Source of the DNA: Sphaerodactylus townsendi
Lineage: Eukaryota
NCBI RefSeq assembly: GCF_021028975.2
Contig: NC_059427.1
Location: 141,918,001 to 141,982,000, forward strand
DNA: 64,000 nucleotides
Reading direction: 5' to 3'
The notes below the pieces were generated by a model, which worked only from the letters and a program-made list of their open reading frames with translations, was not told the origin of the DNA and did not search any database. Made by a program: the position numbers and the translations under genes. Numbering within the stretch: the first letter of the stretch is position 1; each line of letters starts with the position of its first letter. Of the stretch, positions 35,785-55,096 are shown piece after piece.

Positions 35785-37672
35785 GGGTAGAGGTAGCCCT
35801 GGCCAAGCTGCAATCAGTAGTTCTCAACAGCCTTAGAGAGTGGGGAAGGGCCAGCACAGCCCCAGCCAGGCTGCAATCAAGGCCTGGCCCTGCCAGGCTG
35901 CTCTTTCAGCCAGTGGAGGCTCTGCTGGCTGAAGGAGTGACCTAGCGGGGCTGCTGCAAGGTGTCCTTTGGTCTGGCCCGGCCCGGCCTGGCTGGCCCCA
36001 CCAGACCTGGCAGAGCAGGCTGGGCACAGACCGCAGGAGTGATGCTGGGGCATGAGCTGGGCTGCTAGAAACCACCTGGAAAGTTTTCTCCTCTGCAGAA
36101 GAGGCAAGAATTTGCAGTCTGTGAGACAATGCCAAGGTAGGGATGCCTAAGATTTGCTTTTCGGGAAGGAGGGCTGTTTGACCCGCCTCGTCTTCTCCTG
36201 CAGGCCTTTGGGGTTCCTAACGATCACACACACACACACACCGTTTTTCACCATTTCCTGCGTGCTCTCTTGTTTTGGTTTAAGGCATATGCTTAGCAGG
36301 ATGGGAGGAAAAATCGGCGCTGACTGCAGAGCTGTTACAGTTTGGGCACCTTCTTGGTGAAACATCTCCTGTCTCAAGTCTCCCTGTCCTTTTAGATGAA
36401 AATCTTTTGAAAGACTTTTTCACTCCCTGGTTTTTTGCTCTTTCAGAGTTAAAACTTGTTAAAAGGGAGGGAGTAAGAGCTTCATTACTCGGAGGAGTGA
36501 GCTGGCTGATGTCCCGAACTAGCAAGAGAAGCTCTTCCTCCAGGGCCTGAGAGGCCAGCGCGTGCAGCTCCGCCTGAAAAGAGTGTTTTGATCTCACTCC
36601 CTTGAGGTAAGCTAGTTACCCAAAAGTTTTTCTGCAAAAGGCAGTGATGCTGCCACTGTGATTGGGGGGTGGGGAGGGGAGAGGGAGATGGCTCTTGAGC
36701 AAAACCCCCTGCATGGCTTTGCTACCCCTCTCCGCTTTCAGAAGGAGATGGCTGCGGCTTGTGCCTGCTTTTCTGGCCTTCTGTTTATGGTTCCTTTTAA
36801 AATAAATTGTGTGTGTACAACGCCTCCCAAATTCCTAAGCAAGGCTGGGACATGCAGGAGCTTCCTGTCCAAAAACGCTGTTCGTCTTCTTAGGTCATCT
36901 GTGGTACTTTGAAGCTCTTGGAAGGGTTAGATTAGATGCTGTTGGCCTCTCTGCTCCCCCAGAGTATAACTTGAGTTATTTCTTTAACTTCTTCTGCCAT
37001 TACAGTTTTACAACAACCGTTGAAGGTTATGTCACATGAGGAAGTCTGTACTAATGTGACAGGCCCTGTTTTCTTTAGAAGCAGAGAAGTTGAGTTAAGG
37101 TACCCTATCCAAAAATACAATGGGCAGAGTTCAGGCTCTTTACATGCATTTGAAGGTAATGCTGGTTACGTGCATTTGAAGATAATTTGAAGGACTGGTT
37201 GCTTCATCCTTTTATGCTATAGACATGGCCATTTGGGATTAAAGAGTACAGTTGGAAGAATGACAGTGGGGATGTTCTGAATTCATTCTCAAAAGAAGCC
37301 TCTGAGAAAAGCTCACATATTTAATATCTGAAAGTGATGCTGTTTCGAGGTGAACCCCCCCCCCCCCGCCCACAAACAACATCACTTTCAGTGACGTTTA
37401 AACTAGGGATTCCTGGGTGTGTTCAGATTTGTGAGTTAAGGCATGTTCTATAACGTGATGGTGACTTTGAGATGACCTAGTACTAAAAATCGTTCTTTGG
37501 TTGTGTGTGCATGTGTGTGTGTGCGTGTGTGGTGTCCCGGGCTCCATTTTCCCTAGCTACGCCTCTGGATGGGGTTGATGGGGTTGGTGTGATGGAGGAC
37601 CTTAAGCTTGCAGGAGTACTGTTAACTACCTGGCACAAGTAAAGAGCTTATCAATGGAAGCTGGAGTTGTGT

Positions 37673-37818
37673 CCTTCCGCACATGCAGAATAATGCACAT
37701 TCAATCTACTTTCACAATTGTTTGAAAGTGGATTTTGCTAATCTGCACAGTAAAATCTAGTTTCAAAATGCATTGAAAGTGGATTGAAAGTGCGTTATTC
37801 TGCATGTGTGGAAGGGGT
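37673..37818. mobile_element. Palindromic Harbinger-like MITE
   Basis: CCTTCCGCACATGCAGAATAATGCAC...GTGCGTTATTCTGCATGTGTGGAAGG inverted termini. Confidence 0.7.
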
Positions 37819-37959
37819 CATAGTGAGGGTGTAATCCCTGAGAATAATAGGTGCAGTTGCTCAGGGTAAGGGCTCTGGAGGTGATGCCAAAGAGTCTGCT
37901 GAATACTTCCTGAGACTAATGTCCTCAGGATTGTGGAGGTAAACTGTTGGACTAAATCC

Positions 37960-38188
37960 AAGATGGCTGTTTATTCAAGATACCATCCTTGGACTTGGTC
38001 CTTTGCTGGTTCATAGCCTGGTGCTTTTTCAGCCTGCTGAAGTCCTTTGTACAATTTCTGGAGTGGGAGGAAGGGAAAAGGGTGTTTGCTGATTTCATGC
38101 AGTGAATAGGCTTTTCATTCTGAATTTCAAGGGCTGTCGTTTCAGACTGATCAAACAGCCAAAGCGTGGACTGAAATCTGAGGTAAGT
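37960..38188 (+). promoter_or_regulatory. Candidate liver-type promoter and non-coding first exon of SDR copy B
   Basis: Non-repetitive island with FOXA-like TGTTTAT/TGTTTGC, HNF4/DR1-like TGGACTTGGTCCTTTG (~37990), and a consensus donor AG|GTAAGT at 38182/38183. Inference only. Confidence 0.4.
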
Positions 38189-38429
38189 AGAATCATTTTA
38201 AAATGTGCACCTTTAACTTCCTATTGAGGTGAAAGTTGGTTTTTAAACGAGGTAGTGGCTCAGATCTTGGCCAACCTTTTCTGAAGGAAAATAGGTAAGA
38301 GCATTATAATTTAAGAGTGTTGCTAGTTACGTTAAAGCTATATAGAGTATTATAACCAGATCAGAATACTAACCCATTTATTGTCCACTCTGACTGGCAG
38401 AGGATCTCCAGTTTCAGGGGAAGAACTTG

Positions 38430-40072
38430 CTTTCTAAGGGATTGAGTACAGGACATGTGCATGAAAGGAGTTTGTCCGGGTCGGCTGAAAGAGGCAGTGG
38501 TCCACCTTCTCTTGAAGAGACCGAATTTAGATCCTTTAAAGTAAAAGTAAAGTTTCCCCTTCCGTCGTGTCCAACCCTGGAGTACCACTGCAAGCAGTGA
38601 TTTTATAGGCAAGCCTCTTTGTGGGGTAGTTTGCCATTGCTTTCCCTGGCTATTCTTTACCCCCTAGCTATGAGCTAGGTACTCATTTACCAACCAAGGA
38701 ATGGCTGGCTGGCTGAGTTGATCATGAGCCAGCTGCCAGGATATCTGACCCACAGGGGGCTCGAACTCCTGACCGAGTGAGTGGCAGTGCAAGCACTTAA
38801 CCACTACGCCATGCGGCTCCTTTAGATCCTTTAGATCTGGCCAGTTACCGCCCAGTTTCGCATTTGGCATTCCTGGGTAAGGTAATTGAGAGAGTGGCAG
38901 CTGAGCAGCTGCAGGAATTACTGGATGATGCCAATGTGTTGGATCCCTTCCAGTCCAGTTTTTGCGCTGGTCCTGGGACTGAGACGGTTTTGCTTGACCA
39001 GGGTGTGCTTCTTGATCTCACTGCAGCATTTGATCCAGTAAACCACGACTTATTGGTCCACCACCTCGTGAATGCCGGGATACAGGGGAACAGCTTTATG
39101 CTGGTTAGACTCATTCCTCCGGAGTTGGAGGCTGCAGGTAGTGTCAGGGGAGGAGAGCTCCCATCGCCACCCTATTGATTGTAGGGTGCCACAGGGGGCA
39201 GTCCTCTCCCCGATGCTCCTTAATGTCTACATGTGCCCCCTGGCTGAGCTGGTTTGGAGTTTTGGGCTGCGGTGTCACCAGTATGCGGATGACACCCAGC
39301 TAGTTCTGAATATGGCGGGTCATCCATACTTGGCCCCTGTGGCTCTCCAGCATTGTTTTGAGTCCGTGGCTAGTTGGTTGAGAGCAGGCTAAAATTGAAT
39401 CCAGCAAAGATGGGGGTTGTGTGGGTAGGTCAGGGGGAGATGCCAACCAATTTTGGTTTGCCTGCATTAGCCGGTGAGGGATTACATCTGTCCTCATCGG
39501 TGCGCAGTCTGGGCGTGATTCTGGACTCCAGGTTGTCCTTGGAAGCCCAGATTTCTAGGACTGCCCAGACTGCCTTCTGCCATTTCTGGCAGGCCCACCA
39601 GTTGGCCCCATATCTCTCCAGTTCTGACCTTGCCACAGTAATCCATGCAATGATCACCTCTTATTATAGTAATGGATTATTGTAACTCACTCTGTGTGGG
39701 CTTTCCCTTGAATTTGGTCCAGAATTTGAAGCTTGTGCAGCTTACAGCCGCTCAACTCCTAGCTGGGATTTCGAGCAGGGACCATATTATACCAATCCTC
39801 TATCAACTGCATTGGCTGCCGATTGAGTACCCAGCCATTTTCAAGGTTTAGGTTTTAACCTTTAAGGCCCTGAGCAATCTTGGACCCACATACCTCAGGG
39901 ACCTCCTCTCTTCATATTGCCCAACTAGGTCCCTCTGCTCGTTGGAGATGAACCTTCTGAGAATCCCCGGCCCAAAGGATGCCCGGCTGGCTTCAACGAG
40001 GGCCAGGGCTTTCTCAGTCCTGGCCCTGACCTGGTGGAACAAGCTCCCCCCGGAGATCAGGGCCCTGTGTGT
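38430..40072 (+). mobile_element. L2 LINE, decayed ORF2 (its 3' remainder survives in unit A at ~18210-18650)
   Basis: FLGKVIERVAAEQLQ, LLDLTAAFD, VPQGAVLSP, YADDTQL, LHWLPI motifs. Confidence 0.88.
38539..38820 (-). mobile_element. Sauria SINE inserted in the L2
   Basis: tRNA-like head GGAGCCGCATGGCGTAGTGGTTAAG; BovB-like (ACTTT)n tail; 13-bp TSD TTTAGATCCTTTA. Confidence 0.8.
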
Positions 40073-40935
40073 CTTTGATATAGCATAAAAGAGACAGATT
40101 TCCACTGGGACATACTTTCCACAGCTCAATAAAGCAGGAGAACCAAGAGTTGGACACTTGTGGGGCTCTCTTTCACTTGGGAGGACATCAGCAAGAGCTT
40201 GTCATTAGTAGAGAAAGGAGAACAGAAATAGAATGGAACGAAGGGGAGTGTGTGGAACGTGGCCTAGAACTAGGGGGAACAGAGGCAGATAAAAAACAGT
40301 AGGGAAAAATCACTCGGTAGGTGCAACCTGTTGGGGAGGGGCAAAATATTCTCTAGCTTTTCACCATCCCTCTGTGATCAACAGTACAAGGTCCTGTCCT
40401 CTTTTTCGTCTGACTGTAGTATGTAAAACAAAAGTTAGGGGGGTTTGGGAAAGTTATGCATTTGTGATAGAAAGCAATTGCAGATATTGGTAAAACTGCT
40501 CCTGGTTTATGGAAGTCCTTGCAATAAGACTGCTGATTCTGGTTCTTCTACATCACATAGGTTTGCCCGCTCTGCCTTGGAAAATTCCTGCAGATCTGGG
40601 GTGGGGTGCCAAGGAATGGGGGAGTTGAGAGGGGAACGGAGCTCAGCAGAGATGTGATACCATGCAATTCATGCTTTTCTCCAGGCCAGGGGAACATATT
40701 TCTGTCATCCCAAGATCAGTTGTTGATCTGGGAGAACTGGAGGTTGGTGACCCTAATATTAGCTGAATTGGTTAGGCAGCTCAGGAACTAAGGGGTCTAA
40801 TCAGATGAGACGGGGGAGATTCATGATTATCTTTTCCCAGAGTTTTAAAAGCAGAACAGCAGCAGAATGCTGCTTCAACTTAGATCGAGACTGGGAAATT
40901 CTATGTGGCTTTGCCAATTGAAACCAACATCCATA

Positions 40936-41073
40936 CAGCAGCAGCAGCAGCAGGAGGAGGAGGAGGAGGAGGAGGAGGAGGAGGAGGAGGAGGAGGAGAA
41001 AGAAGTTAGATTTATATCCCTCCTTTCTCTCCTGTAAGGAGACACAAAGAAGAAAGAAGAAGAAGAAAAAGAA

Positions 41074-41122
<49 letters not shown>
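40936..41122. repeat. Compound microsatellite (CAG)n(GAG)n...(GAA)n(TAG)n at a SINE tail
   Basis: Directly visible; unit A has only (GAA)3-4 at this position. Confidence 0.95.
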
Positions 41123-43123
41123 TTGGATTTATATCCCCCGTTTCTCTCCTGTAAGGAGACTCAAAGGGGCTGACAATCTCCTTGCCCTTCCCCCCTCACA
41201 ACAAACATCCTGTGAAGTAGGTGGGGCTGAGAGAGCTCCGAAAAGCTGTGAATAGCGCAAGGTCACCCAGCTGGCATGTGTGGGAGTGCACAGGCTAATC
41301 TGAATTCCCCAAATAAGCCTCCACAGCTCAAGCAGCAGAGCGGGGAATCAAACCCAGTTCTCCAGATTAGAATGCACCTGCTCTTAACCACTACACCATG
41401 CTGGCTCTCATTACTATTATCCCTGTAAAGAAAGAAAAAAATGACAGGGGTTTTGGCAGAGGAAGTGAAGATATAAGGGAAAGGAAAGCCCTGGAGAGCT
41501 TTAAACTCTGAGGGTAAGGATCAAGGTGTGAACAGGAACCAAAACAATGGATCATAGGAAGGAGGACATCTGGTCAGAGTGATGAGAGAGATGAATTATT
41601 TTGGTGGTGGAATGCTGGATAGATGTGAGGGGAGGGGAAATGATGGCACAATAAACAGAAGGCCCGAGAGGAGGAGGCTGCAGTAGTCAAAGAGAAATAG
41701 TTGGAGCTTGAACCACAGGTGTTGGGTTTTTTTGCCAAAGTAGTGGAGAAGAAGGGGTATCTTTCTGCAACAAGAAAGAAGTAACTTGGCAACAGACTGA
41801 ATATGAGAAGCACAGGAGGGGGAAACTGTCAAAGACAAAACCAAATCTTTGTTCCTCTTGGTTGACTGATGAGGAGAATGTACAAGGAGGAAGGGCTCTG
41901 AAGAAAATATTAATTGTTCCTTTATAGACTTACCGAGTTTGAGACATCCAAGGGGAGGTAGGCAATATACAACTGGAGGTGCAGGAGGGGCAAAGTTCAG
42001 GGGCAAAGTTCAGGGGAACAAAGATAGGGTTGGACATAGGCAGCTTATAGGTGGTGCTGAGAGTCATTGGATTTTTTGGAGTTAGCCTAGGATTGCACAT
42101 AGCTGGAGAATAGAATAGAATTATCTCTGCTGGACACCAATGGGTAATGGGAAAGCAGAGGTATATCTTATGTTTCTGGAATAATTGCTCATTCACTGTA
42201 GGTTGGAAGAGCCTACTAAGGACAAAGGTATATAAACCCAGGGTATGAAGGGAGTGAAGCAGGAAAGGGTAACAGAGAAGTAGGGATGACAGAAGTAGGG
42301 ACAGGTAAAAACTACAATAATTAGGAAACAGTATATTTGTTGGAGTAGGTTTGGAGTTGGAGAAGAACTGATTTCTATGCCCCATTTTTCTCTACCATAA
42401 GTATTTTCAAGAGAGGACCATGACCTGCCCAAGGTCACCTAGTAGGCTTAATGTGGAGGAATAGGGAAATAAATCCAGTTCTTCAGATTAGAGTCCACTG
42501 TCCTTAACCACTACACCACTCTGGCTGTCTGGTTACTGCGGTGACTGCCCATGTGTTAACAGCATTGATCTGGATCCACCCCTTACTTCAGTCTTAGCCC
42601 AAGAATGTTGGAGAGGTGGCCAAATGTGTCCAGAGGGTGGGGTGGGATTAGCTGTAAAAATTGAGTTTTCAATTATAAATAATTTGGATTGTAAGACAAC
42701 TTCTGAAAAACTTTGGCCTATCACTTTGCCACAATCAAAGCTCTACTGTACAGCCCCTCTGAAAAGGAAAAGTTTCATGGGTGGATCCCCACTACCTACT
42801 TCTCAGTGAGGCCAAACAGCTTTGTTAATTTCAACAAACCAGTGTTAAGTTTATACCAGAAAGTATTAGGGGTACATTGACCTCATTATGTGAAATGTAA
42901 TTCCCGCAGGAAAAGGTGCAATGAACCACAGGATAAGCATGGCTTTAACATTTATCTAAGATTGTACATTAACCCGAAACACTTTCCAAAGAGTGTCTTT
43001 CTGCTTGATAATCACAGAAAGGGACTATAGGGAACAGATTAAACCCAGAATGCAGATTTTTTTTTAAAAAAAATTCCCTCCTTTTTTTTGGTTTGGTTTT
43101 TTTTTTGGTCATACCAGGCAAGC

Positions 43124-51034
<7,911 letters not shown>

Positions 51035-51089
51035 GGGTAGAGCAGAAAATAGTGGATGGTTTATGAACTTGGTATGAAGAAAAGGTTGT

Positions 51090-51091
<2 letters not shown>

Positions 51092-51133
<42 letters not shown>
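51092..51133. repeat. (CT)n microsatellite in the copy B 3' UTR
   Basis: Directly visible; short in unit A. Confidence 0.95.
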
Positions 51134-51135
<2 letters not shown>

Positions 51136-52734
51136 GCTGGACATGTACCTTGAAATAAGCAGGTGCAGATACGTGTCTGAGGGATTATAGGTCTCTGCTG
51201 CCTCTTTTCCTTTGTTTACCATACTGTGAAGTTAAACAAAGATCTTGAATTTACAACAAGACTAATAACTAAGTACTTTTAAATAAAATTATGCATTTCT
51301 ACCCCATGAAAGTCTACTAGTCTACTGGAAAGTCTGCTAATAATTGAAATTGACTTTTTGTTGTGGTATTTTGGGTCAACTTCAATAAACCAAGGGGACT
51401 ATTCTGTCAATTTTGCAATTTGGTTACATACCATTCTCTATCTTGTGAATCAAAGGGGTTTTTTTAAATCCTCAGCTTCTTTATTACTGTATAAAATATT
51501 AATTTCTCTTACATAAAGTTAAAAAATTTAATTTTTTTTTACATTGGATATCTTTTTCTAATTGCTCAGTAAGGATGTATCTGCTCAGTTTTAAGGCAAA
51601 ACCCAGCATAATAGCATGCATCAGTAGTTTGTTTCAGAGTTGTCTTGCAAAAATAAAGATGTTTTAATCCAGTTTTCTGAATGTAACCTTCCTGCTTTAT
51701 TTACTTTATTTATATCCTACCTTTCTCTCAAATGGGAACACAAAGCAGCACTGTTCTCCTCCATTTTAATCTTACAACAACCCTGTGAAGTAGGTTGGGC
51801 TGAGAGTGTATCACTGGCCCCAAATCACTCACCAAGCTTCCATGGCAGAGCAGGAATTCAAACCTGGGTTTCCTAGAACCTAGTCTGACACTCTAACCAT
51901 TACGCCATGGTAGCTTGCACATGTTGAAGTGAATATTTGCTTAACCCATTCGTAACGATATCCTAAGCTGGTCACACCTTTTTAAGGCTATTAGCTTCAA
52001 CCGTATCCTAGAGAATGGAACAGGAGCCACTGAGAAGCAAATCTAGTATCTATTTAATCTGGGTCCTCTTTCTTTGTCTCAATGAACTGGGAGGGAATGT
52101 TGAGAGAGCACAAAGGAATGTTAAGATCTGGTTTGCAGATATCTGCATAAATAAAGACCTCAAAGGTTTATAGTGACAGAGCCAACATTGTGTTCAGAAA
52201 ACTTAAATTGATTTATTAAGGTAGGTGGGAATTTGGAATACTGAGTCTTAGATATTATTTATTTATATTTATTCCCTGCCATTAACAACAGTCTCCCCTC
52301 ACACAGGACTTTGGGCTTGGCAAACAATGCAGGCATAGATGAACCTATGAATAGCTTTGAAAATCCTGTCAGTCACCAATACTCTGTATGCTTCCTTGAT
52401 ATTTTATTTATTTATTTATTTATGGGATTTTTATACCGCCCAACCCCCGGAGGGCTCTGTGAGCACAGAGAAATTTATATCCAATCAGGGCTCATGGGTG
52501 GTGGAAGAAACGGATGGGATGATTGAATGAGAGAGAAAAATCTGTTACACTGTCAGATCAGATGGGGTTTGCATCTTGAAAGTGTTAATTTGGAGATAAC
52601 CTTTCTTGGGCGACTTTGATTGCCTGAGACTCTGTTTTGAGTATAAGCAGACTAAGATGGAACATGGGACTTAATATGAAAGGTTTTTTTCTTTGAGAAT
52701 AAGGACGACGTGCTGATATGCTTGGGTATTCATC

Positions 52735-53695
52735 TTTCCATCCCTGCTGGCGTGGGGAATGCCCACCTCCTTCAGTTTGGAGGCTTCCAGAGCTCCTAAA
52801 AAAACTGCTGTTAGACAGTGCTGGTGTGGAATCAGCAGTAGTGGTCCACATTGGTACCAACGACATTGGGAAATGTAGCTGGGAGGTTCTGGAAACTAAA
52901 TTTAGGCTGCTAGGAAACAGGTTAAAATCCAGGACCCCCAAGGTGGCATTCTCAGAAATGCTACCTGTTCCACGTGTAGGGTGAGCTAGGCAAGCGTTTG
53001 AGATTGCCAGGGGTCTCAATGCGATGGATGAGAGAGCCGTGGGTGTAAAGGCAGAGGGTTTCAGATTTGTCAGGAGGAACTGGGGAACAACTTTTGGGAT
53101 AAGGCAGTGTGGCCTGTACAAAAGGGACAGGGCTTCATCTCAACCAAAGAGGAACCAGGTATTGCTGAGCGCCAACATTAAAAAAAAAAGGTGGCAGAAC
53201 AGCTTTTTTACCCCAACTGATCCTTGGGGAAAGCCGACAGGAGCTGAGGTGACTTTCGGGTTTGGAATACACAGAGTCCATGGGGTTGCAGACTGAGAGG
53301 GAGGTTTTTCTAAATCGACCACATACATGCGAGGAGCATAGCACTGTGGATAAAGTGATAGTGTGTCTACAAAAGAGGCTAGAGGGCAAAACCACATAAA
53401 TCCCAGGTTAGGGACAGAGACAGAGTATACGAGTGTCTCTATGCTAATAGTAGAAGCCTTCAACCTAAAATGGGGGAGCTGGAGTACAGAGTTTTGAAGG
53501 AGGACATTGATATAGTGGGCATCACCGAGACTTGGTAGAATGAGGAGAACCAGTGGGATGCTGTTATCCCAGGTTACAGGCTCTACAGGAAGGATAGGAC
53601 AGGGCGTATTGGGGGTGGGGTGGCCCTCTACATCAAAGAGAGCATAGTGTCACATAAAATAGACAATGCAGGGGGAGCTGATTCCTCTACAGAAG
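52735..53695 (+). mobile_element. CR1 LINE internal fragment (ORF1 esterase domain plus start of ORF2 endonuclease)
   Basis: VVVHIGTNDIG...KVAFSEMLPVPR (SGNH-type ORF1); CLYANSRSL..KMGELE...DIVGITETW...YRKDR...GGGVALYIKE. Confidence 0.9.
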
Positions 53696-54660
53696 ACAGT
53701 GGGTGGTGTTTGGAGATGGGATGACCCAGCGGCATCCTTTGGGTTGTGGGATGCTGCAGGGGGCAATCCTCTCTCCAATGCTATTTAACATCTACATGAG
53801 ACCCCTGGCACAGCTGGTGCGGATCTTTTGGCTGGACTGCCATCAATATGCTGGTGACTCTCAGCTTTTTCTGACCGTTTGGTCCACTGTCTGGAGACTG
53901 TGGTGGGATGGCTGAGAAAGACTGAAAATTAATTCATCAAAGATGGAGGTCCTGTGGCTGGGGTGAGGGGTGCCAGAGGGGGTAGGATTCCAACTACAAA
54001 ATTGGATGGAGGGCTTTAGCACCTGCCTCTTCTGTCAAAAGCCTAGGTGTGACTCTGGAGTCCTCCTTATCTATGGAGGCCCCAGTCATGCATACAACAA
54101 AATTGGCCTTTTTCCATCTATGCCACGCTATCTGTCCCACTTGGATCTTGCCACAGTGACCCATATCTCCAGGCTGGATTACTGGGATTTACTCTACACT
54201 GGCCTACCCTTGAGATTGCTCCAGAAATTGCCACTGGTCCAGAATGTGGTAGGGAAAGTTTTGACCAGGACCCTGGTAAAAGTGCATATTAGACCTGTGC
54301 TTCACTAGCTGCACTGGCTGCCAGTTGAATTCTGGATCATTGTCAAGGTCTTGGTGTTAACTTTTATGGTCTTCAGCGGTCTGGGACTGCATCTCCCCAT
54401 ACTGCCCACAAAGGGCGCTTTGATCCTCTGGTGGTAACCTTCTGATGGTCCCTGGCCTCAAAGACATTCAGTTGACGTTAACAAGAGCCAGACTTTTTCA
54501 GTCCTGGCTCCAGCCTGGTGGAACTCTCTCCCAGCTGACATCAAGGCCCTGTGGGACCTTAGTTCTGAAGGGCCTGCAACACAGAGATGTTCTGTCAGGC
54601 CTTTGGTTGAGGCAGCCATGGGTCCTTCCCATCTTGCTGGCCTCTCTATCTTATCCCCCA
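53696..54660 (+). mobile_element. Old L2 LINE fragment
   Basis: QGAILSPMLFNIYMRPL, HQYAGDSQL, SRLDY, LHWLPV. Confidence 0.85.
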
Positions 54661-54999
54661 CTCCTTCCCCATCCTGATGATCAACAATCAGATAATGAAT
54701 TGGATGGGGCTGATGTTTTTAGACTATATAGAGCTCCTCTTGGACACCCATTTTTTCACCATCTTTAATGTTTACTGTATTTTTAAGTTTCGATGGATTT
54801 ATGTGGAAACTAATTTTAAAGTTGTTGTCTTAAATAATGTGTGTTGGGTGAGTTGAAGATGGCACAGAAGCACTCATATGACTTTTTCAGTTGAGTGTAA
54901 TTGTGAATGTGGCTTTCTGTGAGCCATGGAGCAAGTAACACTGTACAAGATTAACTGGTTGCTGAGATGTACAATTGAGAATGAGCTTGGATGCACTGC

Positions 55000-55090
55000 A
55001 GACGTCACACCGGAAATATATACTTCCTCAATTTCTTGCAACATCTTCCCTCAAAACAACTTCTTTGGCATAACCGCAGGTTTGCAAATC
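55000..55090 (+). promoter_or_regulatory. Myeloid/immune-type proximal promoter
   Basis: GACGTCA (CRE-like) at 55001; CCGGAAAT (ETS) at 55010; GAGGAAGT (PU.1, minus) at 55022-55029; TTGCAAC/TTGCAAAT (C/EBP-like); AACCGCA (RUNX) at 55072. All lie within 100 nt of the ATG. Confidence 0.55.
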
Positions 55091-55096
55091 TAAGTA

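Noticed and set aside
52718-52984. Host GDSL/SGNH esterase gene
   Set aside because: It is the CR1 ORF1 esterase domain, followed directly by the CR1 endonuclease start, and it is frameshifted.
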